A stretch of 64,000 nucleotides of DNA from Lama glama. Taxonomy: Eukaryota. The notes beneath the pieces were generated by a model, which saw only the letters and a program-made list of their open reading frames with translations, had not been told where the DNA came from and did no database searches. Shown in pieces: positions 11,215 through 24,105 of the stretch (position 1 is the stretch's first letter; each line of letters starts with the position of its first letter). A program made the position numbers and the translations under genes. The stretch is from NCBI GenBank assembly GCA_028534125.1, contig CM052817.1, positions 56,484,001-56,548,000 of the forward strand, given 5' to 3'.

Positions 11215-11529
11215 AATATTTATCTTAAGAGTTCCAACAATTTGTATACTACCATGAGGACATATAAAGTGGAAGAAAGAGGCTAACACAAAACCCACTC
11301 TGTATGAGATTAGCAGATCAGTTATTTAACTATTCAATTAAAGAATCTGCGGGATTTCAAAGGGAAATTTTCAAATGGGCTATTAATTGATAGGAGAAAA
11401 CTAAAAATTAGTTTCAGTTGAGTTCATGATCCAGTTAGTGGAGTATACAAAATCTTGCTGGAACTGAAGTCATCATGCACACTAGGAATAGATACAGCCT
11501 AGATACAAGTATAGCAGCAGATATCAGAT

Positions 11530-11660
11530 CCATTCTACATTTCAGGAAACTGAGGCATGAACAAGTTAAACAATGTACCCACCATTACATAGCAAGTAAG
11601 TGACAGTGCTAGATTCCCCTTCAGGCAATATTATTCTGTAGCCTGCACTTGTAATTCTTA
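11530..11660 (-). mobile_element. MIR SINE
   Basis: CATTCTACA...GGAAACTGAGGCATGAACAAGTTAAACAATGTACCC...ACATAGCAAGTAAGTGACAG. Confidence 0.75.
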
Positions 11661-13689
11661 AGCTATATTCCAGGCACCTTTCTTGGATTTGGGGGCAAAC
11701 AAAATATTATGAGTCCCTGCCCTCATGAAATTTGCAAATCTTATATTTGGCTGTGACCTTCTTTTATGTGGAGATTTGGAAAGAACTAAATTAAATATGT
11801 AAAAGAAGACAGCTAGAAGTGTGAAGTTGGGCACATTTTAGTAACATCTATTTGTTCCAATTTCAAGTGCACATTGATGGAATTAGAATCAACCTGAATC
11901 CCCAGATTACAGTTGAAGTGCCCTGTACACATATACACACATATAAACATGCATTCATAGAGATATACAAGGGGATACATACTAAATAAATAGAGTTTCT
12001 TTCCCCAAATCATAAATATTCAAAAAAATGTTTAAAAGGTTTAAAACTTAAAACGGCTACTTAGAAGCCATTAGTTGTAAGAATGACATTTATTAAGAGT
12101 ACTTCATTACTTTGGCCACATCCCGAAGCAATCTTTAATAACTTCTTTAATGGAATGAGCAGATCAGAACTGTAATGAACCTCTTCAACTTTCTTTAATG
12201 GCTATTTTATTAACTAAAATAGATATTTGCTTCTTTGTGTTTGAACCTCTTATAAAAATCCCGCATCTGTCACACTGGATGTCAAAAAATAAAAATTGAA
12301 ACCAGCTCTCCTTATTTTGATCAATCCAATCTAAATATACTTTGAAGCCAGTCAAATCTAAGTATATTTCTGAGGACCAAAAAAGACATAGAATACAGAG
12401 CTAAAATAACTTCAAAATTCCAATACTTTTCCTTCTTCTACAATGAGGCTTAGACATCTTTAATGATTACAAATATCAGACCAATGTCCTTTGGGTCTAC
12501 TGAACACCAAGTGACGTGGCAAGATCATCACTGGTGGATCCAGGTCAAAGCATGTATAGGGGGCATCATTGTGCCCTCACCCAAGAAGAGGAGTCCTGAG
12601 CTGACACTTTTGTCTAAAATTTCTGCTAGAAATTAGTGAACTCACTGTTGTCAATCAAGTTATGGGGCAGATTTATTGAGTCAGTAAATTAGACCCATAA
12701 GCAATCTGGTAGACTTTTTATAGCCTGAAAAACATGCGGACCATTTATTGCAGAAAATGGAACAAAAAGAGTTCCAGCTATTTGACTGGCATAGTCTCTG
12801 GTGTAAGGTGGCAAAAAAACAGTGATGAAGTTTCAGACTGAAGTCATAAAATCTGTAAGTAAGCAAGCCCTAAACTTAATTTTTTAGGTGTTCTGGCCAT
12901 ACCTAAAAAACAAAACCTCTATAACACAGTCACCTTCAAAAACACCACTTTCCTCTTCATAACTGAATATACATGTGTACTTATGTGTACACCTCTAAAC
13001 AAAATCAATTCATACATACCATCTGATAAAAAAAGTGATTACAGATACTTTTTTATGTGGCTTTATGTTAAGTCTGCAACACATACTACATACAAAGTTT
13101 CTTTTCTTTCCGATTACTACAATGTCAGAAGGTTAGCCAGAGAGGAAAGGAAGGAAAAGACATATGCAGTTTTGTAGAGCTGACATTTTTTTCAAACCGT
13201 TTACAACTCTAATTTTTAAAATGCAAGGACATTTTCAAATACAACATAGAATTGGAGTGCAATACATGCTCGGTAGGAACAACTCTCAGTTAATGGTTCA
13301 GTCTTAGTGAACTGTGTTTTTACGATGGGCCACTTCAAATCCTTTTAGCAAAAAGTGAATATAAATATAGAAGCAAATAAACAGAAACACCATAAAACCG
13401 GTTTATATTCCTTATGCAAAGTAATGGTGAATTCACTCTTTGCAAGAAAACAAACAAATCTCACCTAGCTAAATTTAATATCTTATTATTGAATTCTAGC
13501 TGCCCCTGCCTCTGAACCCTCCTCCTCCCAGTACAATGTTTTCTGCCTCACCTTGGCTAAATGCTAAAATTCCAAATAATCCAGATGCTAAAATGCCAAA
13601 TAATCCAGAAGAAACTGCATAAGAAAGGGTAGGGGGAACCTAATAACAAACTCTATTTCAACTTTAGCAATAGGAGGGAAATAAAAGTG

Positions 13690-14382
13690 CCATTATCCAA
13701 ATCCAGAAGGTTGGGGAATTGGTAAATTAATTAATACCACTTTAAGTTGTGGACCAAACAAGTGACACATTCCTACCTTAAATATTTTATTTTGACTTAA
13801 CTTTGAAAGTGTGCTATTTGTTTGCTAAACTTTTGACATAGGGCCAAAGCTTTTTATCAATGCAGATTTGACTGGCGTTTAGAATCACCTATCTTGAATA
13901 AACAACACCCAAAATTTAACATCAGTTTACAATATCTCAAACTGTATCAAGAACAGAGGAAAAATGTGAGTAGAACGCTTTGAAAAAAAAATGTGTATCC
14001 CAATCTTTCAGAGTTGACTTGCCCACATCCAATTCCACAGCACTTTCCTCAAATATTTTTTTCTCTCTTTCTTGAGTCTTTCCAAAGACCTTCAATTTAG
14101 ATTTCATGACAAAGATATTGTTTTTATTTTTGCACTCATAGTCCATTGGCTTCTGTAATAGGCATTTGAGTTTAAAAACTCAGCTTAGTGACAATCAACT
14201 GGCATAGCAGGGAACAAACAAGGCTGACTCTAGTTAAGCACTGAAGTCAAGAAGGAGGATCAGGGGTGGTGAGGTCCTGGACAGGGGCCTAGTAGAGTGA
14301 GCACTCAACCACAATAGCAGTGAGAGGTCCGCATGTTTTTCTAAGGGAATGGAGAATGTTGGTTAATCCAGTGAGTCTGTAG
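13690..14382 (-). mobile_element. TcMar-Tigger DNA transposon (Tigger15a-like) with decayed transposase N-terminus
   Basis: Minus ORF 13937-14146 has a psq/CENP-B-type HTH (MKSKLKVF...SAVELDVGKSTLKDW); downstream minus DNA resembles the second HTH (AAAGCTTTGGCCCTATGTCAAAAG = KALALCQK). Confidence 0.75.
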
Positions 14383-15439
14383 AGTGCAGACAGCTTCACA
14401 GGGCTTCCAATATATTTATGATTAGAATACAGTGGTGCCTTGTGAAGTATAAGGTCAGGCGTGCAGCTGTGACTCAGGGGCCAGGACTACTGATTGCAAG
14501 AGGCACTGGAGGAAGCCCAGGAAGAGTCTGGTGGGAGAGGAGGGGCACGGCCGTGGATGGCTCCCATGTGGTATTACTGTAGTCTGACTTACATGTGTCT
14601 TCCCACAGATGAAATTTCTGTCCTTTCTAATTCACTTAAGAAAAAAAAATGTCTTTTTTTTTTTCTGCCACCAACAGTTTATGCTTTGATTTCTTTTTTC
14701 ATCCTGGAAAATTAAGTCTAAGATTTAATTTTTTTTGACCCCACTTTCAAAGTCCCAGTGAAGGACTTTTCTTTATTATGTGTCCATCTCGGTCCAAAAC
14801 AATCTGTATTGGGAATGCCAAGCTTTTTAGTATAAACACAGCTGCTTTTTGGAAATGTGCAGGAATGGGGAGATTGGGCACAACTTGAGACAAAGCGTTG
14901 AGTATCCACCTCAGATACATTTTCTCCAACACTGGGAAAATGGAGGAATCACAGGGAAGGCGGAGTTTAAATTTAAAAAGTTCAAACTAGTGCTCCAGGT
15001 GCAGGGAAAGTTTGAGACCCACAGGCTTACAACACAAATTAAAAAAAAAAAAAGAAAAAAAGGCAAGGCCAGATCGCATTGAAGCCATTAGCTATATTAG
15101 GAATTTTGCTAGGTTAGTTTGAGTAAAATGAATAGCTATCAAAGAGTTTTAAGTAAAGGTATCATTTTATTTCAGTTAATGTTTTTAAAAAGATCATCCT
15201 GGTCACAGCTTCTAAATTACTTCAGTGAAGACTTGCATGACAAATGGAGATGAGTTAAGAGAATAAGGATAAAAGAAATCTTGTAATCATATTTTAAGTC
15301 AAAATAATTATAGTAGAGAACATTACAGCAAAATGTACTGGTTTATATTTTCAAAAATACCTCATCTTTGTGGAACTGTAGTAAGATTTATGCTTTTTGA
15401 CACAAAAACTGGACTCATCCTCTCTCATTCTAATGCCAT

Positions 15440-15625
15440 CGTTTCTGGAGTTGAGACGACCTGAATGTGACTCTGAAACAATCCTTAAACATTCTGGGCA
15501 TTAATTTCTTCATATTTAAAATAGGATATTGTTACCTACCTCATAGAGTTAAATTTTTGAGGTCTAAATCTTAAGTACCTAGCTGCATACCTACTGAATA
15601 AAATGTACTCAATAAATGGCAGTGG
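15440..15625 (+). mobile_element. MIR SINE
   Basis: TTTCTTCATATTTAAAATAGGAT...ACCTACCTCATAGAGTT...GTACTCAATAAATGGCAG. Confidence 0.7.
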
Positions 15626-16894
15626 TACTTCATTCTGGTATTAAGCTTCCATAACTGAAGCAGGTGACTTATAATATAAGATAGTAAATAATAATGTGAT
15701 GAGCAAAACTTTACTGTTGAACCTCCATTATATTGAGCCAATGAAACTGCTCTCAGCACATAAAAGCAGATTTGGGACCAGGTTTAACCAAAGGACATAA
15801 TTATTTTCTTAGACTGATTTCAAAGGATGGTAACTCAAGCTACCTCAAGAAAAAGTGGGATGATTTTAATAATGCCTGTATAATGGACTGGAATAGGAAA
15901 TCTATTAACAAAGTGAGACAGCTCTAGAGACAGGCTGCTCTCTCCTCTCTCTTCTCCATTTGTCTCCCAAACTCCATATACATCTAATTACTGTCTCTCT
16001 TCCACTAGCTTGGTTTCTTATAAAAACTTAGTCTCTACTTACTTTATAACTTCACCTTTCTCTGGATCTTCTATTATTATTGACCCTACTTCAATTGCAA
16101 ATTAGCAAATTCTTCCTATGTTTTAATTCAATTAGCTCTAAGTATGAGCTATTTCATACAGTGATTCAGTGATCATAGGCCACAGCAAAGCAGGTAATCA
16201 TATGACTTATGTACATTCTTTCATAACCTGTCAACTGTTAACTAGCATCTATAATCATCTGTGTTTTAAGGAAATCTTTTTTTTACAGAGAGAAGTATCA
16301 TCCAGTGACGGCATTGTTAGATCAAGCTCATTCTGAAGCCAACTAAAGCTAACTAGTTTTGTACATTATCAATTCTTCACAATTAATTACTGTTAGTAAT
16401 TCCTGAAATAGGGTCACTATCAATTTATTTATAAACATAAATATAACACTTATAAATACTAACTCATAAGTAGAGAAAGTCTGGTCCATTTTGAGCTCAG
16501 TATAACTGGAATTAAAATCAAATTGTCATCACTTAACTTGTAACATGTGAATTTTGTTGACTTATCCTAGTTGTGAGGAGTCAGCATCCTTATTCTTCTA
16601 CATTTTTACTTTCCTAAGTCTAACATACTGCTAAGTAACTCCAGAAAGCCCCATGGAGTGTCTCAGAGATACTCCTGTAATACCTGTATTCCTACAGAAA
16701 TCTCTATCTGCCTATATTTCTCCTCAGCAGCTTTCTTGTTGTTTGATGCCCTTGAATCTCTTCAGAGAGGAAGGTCATCTCTGGTCTGCTTCCTGAGCTT
16801 GTGGGGAAATCACCTCGCCTGAGATGCTGCTCTCTGGCATATCACAGAGTTGCAGAGCACTCAAGATACCAAAACTATGCTATGCTCTTATATA

Positions 16895-17025
16895 CTTATA
16901 TTTAACACATGTTTGTTGAATCTGTATTGAGTTCCGGACAGGACGTGAAGCACAGGGGATATAGCAGTAAATGAGACACTTAACGATACTTGCCTTGAGG
17001 AGTTTATAATCTAGAGCAAAAGAAA
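16895..17025 (-). mobile_element. L2 3' end relic
   Basis: ATTTAACACATGTTTGTTGAA...GGGGATATAGCAGTAAATGAGAC...TGCCTTGAGGAGTTTATAATCTAG. Confidence 0.65.
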
Positions 17026-17048
17026 GAAATTTAAGGCCCTGTTATGTT

Positions 17049-17740
17049 CACACTCAATGGGATGTCTCCTATAAAAAAGTAAATAAATGACAAGTATTAG
17101 CAAGAATATGAATAAATTGGAACTCTTGTTCACTGTTAACAAGAATGTAAAATGGTGTAGCCACAGTGAAAATAGAATTACTATATGTCACAGCAAATTT
17201 ACTTCTAGGTATATACTCAAAAGAATCAAAGGCAGAGTCTCAAAGAGATACTTGTACACCCATGTTTATAGCAGCATTATACACAGTAGCCCCAAAGTGG
17301 AAGCAACCCAAGTGTCAATCAATAAATAATTGATATACAAAATGTGGTATATACGTGCAATGGAATGATACGCAACCTTAAAAAGGAAGGAAATTTGGAC
17401 AAATAAGACAACATGGATGAGCTTTGAGGGTATTATGGTAATGAAATAAGCCAGTTACAAAAAGACAAATCCTGTATAATTCCACTTATATGAGATACCT
17501 AAGTGTAGTCAAATTTATAGAGACAGAATACAGAATGGTGGTTGCAAGAGGCTGGTGAGAGGAGTGAATGGGGAATTGTTTAATGGGTATAGAGTTTCAG
17601 TTCTGCAAGATGAAAATAATTCTGGAGATAGTTTGCACAACAGTGTGAATGTACTTCACACCTCTGAACTATATATACTTAGGAGTGGTTAATTTGGTTA
17701 ATTTTATGTTATGTGTATTTTACTAGAATTAATTTTTTAA
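17049..17740 (+). mobile_element. L1MB-type L1 3' end, 5'-truncated, with decayed TSD
   Basis: Canonical L1MB 3' sequence (GGCAGAGTCTCAAAGAGATACTTGTACACCCATGTT...GGGTATAGAGTTTCAGTTCTGCAAGATGAAAA...TTTATGTTATGTGTATTTTAC); flanks AAGGCCCTGTTATGTT / AAGTCCCTGCTGTGTT. Confidence 0.9.
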
Positions 17741-18319
17741 AAAGTCCCTGCTGTGTTTCTTAAAGAATCCCTTATAGGGATGAGAACACTGTTACACAAC
17801 CCCAACTGTAACTTGCACATTACCGTCTGCTACATATGTCCCTGATCTCTCAAAAACCATCTTTAAAACTGCTTTTATGTGAAATCCTTTTAGAGAATTA
17901 AGAGCCAATCCTTAAAACCAAGAGAAAAACCAGATACCATATCAATAACACCATAAGGAACTTCCTTTTCTCTTTGCTTTGAGTACTAGAAGAACCTCCT
18001 TCTCTCAGCTCCTTACCAAATTTCTGCTGCTGAGCCAATCTTGCAAATGGATACCAGAGACATTGGAAGGAAGGAAGAGTGCTGACAACCTCACATGCCT
18101 GACTGCCTTCATCTGAATTGAATGAAATGCATTATACCATAAATGGACCATTCTCTTCCTTACACTTTGGCAAATATTCATCAATATAGAATTTCACATG
18201 AACAAGTGGGCTGAGTCTAAAAAGCCACTGTTCTCATTATATTCAGATCTTGAATAAATGCAGTATGTCATTCAAAATGAAATTTTAAAATTCAGTGAAT
18301 TCATGAAAACATCATAACA

Positions 18320-18650
18320 TGTTAAAGCTAACATTTACTAAGAATTTACAATGGGCAAGGCACTATTCTAAATGTATTTACTTACTTAATTTTCATAACA
18401 ACCCTATGAGCTGAGACAATGGTCTGCACTGTGAAAAGGAGGAAACAGAGACATCAGGAATCTTGCCCAATGTCACACATTCGATGGTGGGCTACAGTTT
18501 TCACCTCAGCAAATCAATTCCAAGAATAAGTAATCTTAATCATTATTCAACACTGCTGGATGCAGAAAGTAAGATTCACAGAGGTGAAATAATTTATCGA
18601 GATCATACAATCATATAATAGAATAGCCAGATCTCTTACCCAGTCCAATG
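18320..18650 (-). mobile_element. MIR SINE(s), one full and one partial
   Basis: AGCTAACATTTACTAAG...TTCATAACAACCCTATGAG...GGAGGAAACAGAGAC...CTTGCCCAATGTCACAC. Confidence 0.75.
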
Positions 18651-21306
18651 GCTTTCTTCCCTTTTTCATATCCAACCGATCAAAGTAACCATTCTATAAT
18701 CTCTCAGTAAGACAAAGTAGTTCTATTCCTTGCTTGTCACAGCACAGGAGGTTGTTAGAATTTAAAGGATGGACTTCAGCAATCAGACATTCCACCCCTT
18801 TATCATATTATTCTTCACCTCTTTGTATTGATAGAATTATCTCAAATTACAACACTTATTTATTAATTTTACTCTAGTTAATTCAAGAGTTTATAATTCA
18901 GAGCAAACATCATGCATCTTTCACTTGTCCTTAAATATTATCACTATTTAAAGATTTTTAAGTAGTAGAGTTAAATTAAAGCACAGCTAAAATATAGTTA
19001 CAATTTTAATAACATTTTAAATTAAAATACACTTATTTTAATATCATACATTAATTCTCTTCCTGCATGTTAAATGGAGAATGCCATAATATATTTCTTA
19101 TGTGGTCCTGAGATTTGATTATGTGTGATATTACTGAACTTTTAAACTTTTTTTCTTCCTTTTACATGAGATGACATTTTTTGGTTGTTCTTTGAGTTAG
19201 TAGCTAATCGATTTAAGTTTTTGAGAAAGTATTACTTAGAAATGTACTTAGAAAAACAACAGTTAGGAAAAAATGACACAGTATACACAATATAAGTTAC
19301 TCATTGATCACTGTCCTTTGGCTGGCACAATTCATAGTTTGACACCTTTCCTTCTTCTAGGCATTAAGAAACTATTTGATATTATTAAACATATCAACTG
19401 TCACCAAAATGAGTATAATTCACATTGCTCTAAGTATGTACTATTACTTTTATATGGAAAACTATTCTGTTTTGTTGTTTACTGTATGTAAATATGCAAA
19501 AAAAAAAAAACTTGACAAAGACTTGGCTTTTATTTTCAAGTAAACAACTACTGTAAGTCACTTACAGTCTACCAAAACAAAACCAGAACTCTGCAACTTG
19601 AAATCAGATCACAGCTGTGTTCATGTGTAGCATTCTAATTTAATCAATAGCCAACAATCTATTCTGAAATGATAGCAACCATTAGAGTTGTCTAAGCAAT
19701 TCTTATTTTTTTTCTCAAATCAATCCACATATTAACAGAGCAAAATAACAGAAAAAATGACTACTTCAAGCTTTTTTTCCCCATTATTATTCTCAAAGGG
19801 GACTAGTACAAAAGTGAGGCAATGTAAGCTGGTCATAAAATGTTTCAACAAGAAAAAAAATCACAGCATAAAGATCATTTTTGTTGAAGCTGAAGAGAAA
19901 AATAGAAAACTGCATTCTCTCAGGGATGGGGCCAAGTCCCCAATTCTACTGCTATTGGAGAAAATGCTGCGAGTTCAAGAGTCAAACTGGTTTCTATTAT
20001 AAAAGCAGTAGATTATTCTGTGATTAGTGCCTGAAACTGCTAAGCTTTACTGCCCCTTTTATTTAGCTTTACCTCCTCTTCTCATATAACCTGGTATCTG
20101 GTAACTCTTTATCTTCAGGATGTGTGAAGTTCTTTAATGTTTTACATAAGTGGATACACATGAGTGAGATAAAATTTAAGCAATCCAAGGCAACATACTG
20201 ATTCCATCTTGAAACAACAAATCTGAAATTGCAGTTGTTATCAATTTGTTGTTATCTGAGTACAAAAGTGATATAATTAAGCCCAATCAGAATATATGCA
20301 TTTTGGATTGCTCTCTAGTGATGGTGATGGGTTAGTATTCTTCTACCAACTTGCCCTCACCCTCCTCCTTGAATACGAGAACAGACACACATTAGCAAGG
20401 TTGTTGGCACTGCTTGGAAATTTCACCATGGTCATTGAACAAGTTGAAGTAATGGGCACAAAGAAAAAAAAAATCCCATGATGTTAGCCCCAAAAGATGG
20501 GTGTTCCAATTAATTAATAAGATAGTCAGATTCAGCCCCTGACTGATACTAAAGATTTCAAAATGAAGAGGGCAGAATTCATGTCAGAAGAATTAATGTA
20601 ACAATAATAATATGCCAGAATTATCTACACAGAAATAGCACTGATACAGAGTCCAGAAATGCTAAGGTGGGAATACGGCTGAGACTAGAGCAGGGCATAC
20701 ACAAAACAGCCTCCTGTGTAGGGACATGTATCTTATGGGCTGCAATGTGTAAACCAGTTTATTTTGCACACACAGAGGCCTCAATCAATACTGCTTGAAC
20801 ATTATGATGATTATAATTATAATTCACAGTTGGTCAATGTTTCAGTGTTCTGGAAGAATTCTAACTAATTTCTTAGAAAAAAATAATGTTTCTGCAATGT
20901 TGTTTTGTTCCAAAACAAGAAATTTTAAGAAATAAATATATTAAGAAACTAAGTATAGTTAAAAAAAAATACTCAGGCCTATTTTAATGAATCATCACTA
21001 ATGAATTTTGTACAGCTGGGACATGCTTTATTTTATATATGCATATACAGAGAGAGGACAGGATCCACAACTGTAGCCCATTATGAGGTTTTGTTTGTTT
21101 CGTTTATCCTTAGATCACCCTTTACTGGTGAGATTCATTTGGACCCTGACTTGATATTTAGTAACTGAAAGGTAGACAGCAAGAGAGATTTGAGGAGAGT
21201 TTCAGGTAATGTCTGGAGAGTGTAAGCAAGCAGGCTCAATGCAGTGACTGGTTTTGAAAAAGTAAGAAGCTCAATATTCCATATTAGTCCACACAATTTT
21301 TTAAAT

Positions 21307-21785
21307 TGTATTAATCAAGGTCACTATTTGGTATATACAAATTATAATAATTCAAAGAGAGTTCTGTAAAGGAATAACATACAAGACTGGGAGCCCTACA
21401 GCGAGACCATGAGGGACAGAACGATTCCACACGGCTAGTGGGAGCAGGGCACCACTCCTCCCCAAGGCCTGAGGAGGGAAAGGGTTACCACCATTCAGAG
21501 CCGAGAAGTCTCTCTGGAAAAACTGTCTCAAGGAGTTGAAATCTTTAGTCAAGGGACTCAACTGGATCCTGGCTGCACCACAGGGAGGGAGTGAAAGTAA
21601 TAGTGATTCCCACCTCATTCTGCTCTTCCAACCTATTGCCTGAGCTCCCCAGTGGCTAAACCCACTGGAAGCCTGAGGCAGAGAACCCTTGACTATGATT
21701 GATATAGATCAGTTCTTATGCGTGGCACGAGTGGAGAAGGGCGAGGAGCGGTGGAGGGGGTGTGGGGAGGAAATCATCAAGTACA
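21307..21785 (-). mobile_element. LTR33 (ERVL LTR)
   Basis: TGTATTAATCAAGGTC...AGGCCTGAGG...CAGGGAGGGAG...CTCCCCAGTGGCTAAACCCACTGGAAGCC...GTGGAGAAGGG...CAAGTACA follows the antisense LTR33 consensus. Confidence 0.8.
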
Positions 21786-21954
21786 TGTATCAGAACACAG
21801 AGTCATCCTTTCAAACTTTACTGACATGTAACTATTTCTTTAGAACCAGTCTGGGAAATGTATCAGTTCCGCCTTTTATTTCTAAAGAAGAGACAGATAC
21901 TTAAACTTACTAGGCACTCATTTCATAAAAGCTGTTTAAGAAGTATTTGGCAAG

Positions 21955-22215
21955 GGAGCTTAGAAAACAAGCTTTGGAATCAAGCTGTCTGGGTTCAAAT
22001 TTTCCATCAACTCTTTAGCTATGTAACATTGGACAAATTACTTAGCTTTTCTGTACATCAATTTCTTCATTTCTGTAGTAAGAGTATGATAAGCCTTAAT
22101 TCAGAGAAGTATTTTGAGCATCCAGTGAGATAATAAATGTAAATTTATTTACATTTTAAATAAATTTAAAAGCAAAATTAAAAGCAAAGACCTCAATAAA
22201 AGGACAACTACTATT
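21955..22215 (+). mobile_element. MIR SINE
   Basis: GCTTTGGAATCAAG...CTGGGTTCAAAT...TAGCTATGTAACATTGGACAAATTACTTAGC...TTTCTTCATTTCTGTA. Confidence 0.8.
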
Positions 22216-23292
22216 ATCACACTAATTTTTAGATACATTAACAACAAAAGGAATGGATATCGAGGATGAGCTCTACAGTTCAGGCTCTCAGAGCTCTCTC
22301 CTGCTCATCTTTCATAGGTTATTTTAGACTGAAGAACCAGTGTGGGTGAGGATGCAATGCTGAACTCACCTAGGTTCATCTCGAGATTCCTGAAAACTCT
22401 TGGCACAAATTGGAAGTAACAGAAATTTGTTGGGATTTTCTTTCTACAGAACATATTACTGAAAAAGATAAGTGAAAGTAAGAATAGGTCTATTTCTGCT
22501 CCATGTGGGCCTCCTGGAAGCACAAGCAGCTGGAGTCTGCAAAGGCACCCCTATAATGGTTTTGACTGGAACACGGTCCTGTCGCTCCCCTCTGAAATCA
22601 GATGATGCCATTCGTCATATTCTGAAAGGAGGACCACAACAGGTGAATGCAGGAACTTCTTCCCCACATAAATCTTTGCTCTCTCATGAAGTTAATCAAA
22701 AGAAGCCTGGAGAACAGGCGGATTACCTGTGCATGGTTTACTTCGTGGGTTGTAAGGTTTGTAAAAAAAAAAAAAATTACCTCTTCACAAATTGCAGGCT
22801 ATCCAACACCCCCGCTGGCTGTCATGTCCTTCTGAAGATGAAAGCATATTCATCACTGCACAGGGTGCCTGCCAAGTATGCCTTTATAAGCAAGGCTTTT
22901 AAAACAATTTGGACTCTCTTACAAGATCTGACGGAAGTATGTTTCCAATACCTTGATTTTCTCACTGGCTTGATTTGGTAATACAACCCAATACTGTAGG
23001 ATAATTAATATTTCCACATCTGCACTTTGTATAACAGAGGTTTGCTCTGATAAGATTTCAAAAATACCTCTTATTCTTATTAATTCAGACTAACATGTTC
23101 AGAACAGATAACTGTGCAAGGATTTGTTCTTTCTCTGGCTTCTGTATCCCCCATACCCAAGCCACAGCACTAACAGATTTTCAAGAAAGTGTTATAACTT
23201 CCTTGGTGTCCTACAATAGTGTCTTGTAAAGATACATCTTCGGTTTTCAAATTTGTTAATTAGGATAACAATTAGTATACTTAACATATCAA

Positions 23293-23660
23293 TGTATCAG
23301 TTTTTTAGGGTTGCCACAATAACGTACCACAGCCTGGGTAACTTAAACAGGAATTTATTTTCTCACACTTCTAGAGGCTTAGAAGTCAGCGGTGAAGGTG
23401 TCTGCAGACTTGTTTCTTCAAAGGCCTCTCTCCTTAGCTGTAGATGTCTGTCTTCTCCCTCTGTCTTCATGTGGTCTTCCCTCTGTGTGTGTCTGTGTCC
23501 TACTGTCTTCTCATAAAGACACTGGTCCTATTAAATTAGGGCCCACCCTCATAATCTCATTTAACATTAATTACCTCATACTTATCTCCAAATATTCTGA
23601 GGTACTGAGGGTAGGACTTCAACATATGGATTCTGCGGGAACATAATTCAACCTACAACA
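23293..23660 (-). mobile_element. MaLR solo LTR (MLT1A/MLT1A0-like)
   Basis: TGTATCAGTTTTTTAGGGTTGCCACAATAACGTACCACAG...TTAGGGCCCACCCTCAT...GGACTTCAACATATG...ATTCAACCTACAACA; TG...CA ends. Confidence 0.9.
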
Positions 23661-23789
23661 GTTAACTGCTGGATAAAATGATCAAAATATGCTTCTGATA
23701 CCAATAATTTTAAACTTTATATCAGGAAGTTCGGCAGAGTCAAATTTATGATTAATGAAATATTGTACCCAATACTATTTTCAGTCTGC

Positions 23790-24105
23790 ACTGGTCGTCC
23801 GTCTGGAATGTTCTCCCAAGGATAGTTCCATGGCTCACTCACTTTCCTCCCTAAGCCTTTACTTCCTGTCATCTTCTCAGTGAGACATCCACTGATTTAC
23901 ACTTGGACACGGCCCTCCAAACCCTCCATCACACTTTTCTTCTCTAATGCTCCTCAAAGCAATTATTGCCTACTGAATACCTCACATCTTACTTATTTTT
24001 AATTGTTCCTCATTTTCTACTAAACTTTAAACATAAGGATTTTTGTCTAATATATTTACTATGATACTCCATATAATAGGAGATTATTAAATATTTGTTG
24101 AGTTA
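23790..24105 (+). mobile_element. L2 3' region
   Basis: GTCTGGAATGTTCTCCC...CATGGCTCACTC...TCATCTTCTCAGTGAG...TAAATATTTGTTGAGTTAATG. Confidence 0.75.

Noticed and set aside
11335..11470. Faint RT-like peptide (LLIDRRK...VSGV)
   Set aside because: Similarity to non-LTR RT motifs too weak to support by eye.
12724..12854. Plus-strand exon candidate (TTTTTATAG...TCT|GTAAGT)
   Set aside because: Short pyrimidine tract, weak exonic donor bases, stop in the best frame, no partner exon.
14593..14634. 42-nt minus-strand symmetric exon candidate (ELERTEISSVGRH)
   Set aside because: AAG acceptor built on a mononucleotide run, unrecognised peptide; expected by chance.
22472..22981. 169-aa ORF as a real protein-coding gene or endogenous viral element
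   Set aside because: GTG start, spans a poly(A) run, no recognisable domain or viral motif; kept only as an unexplained region.
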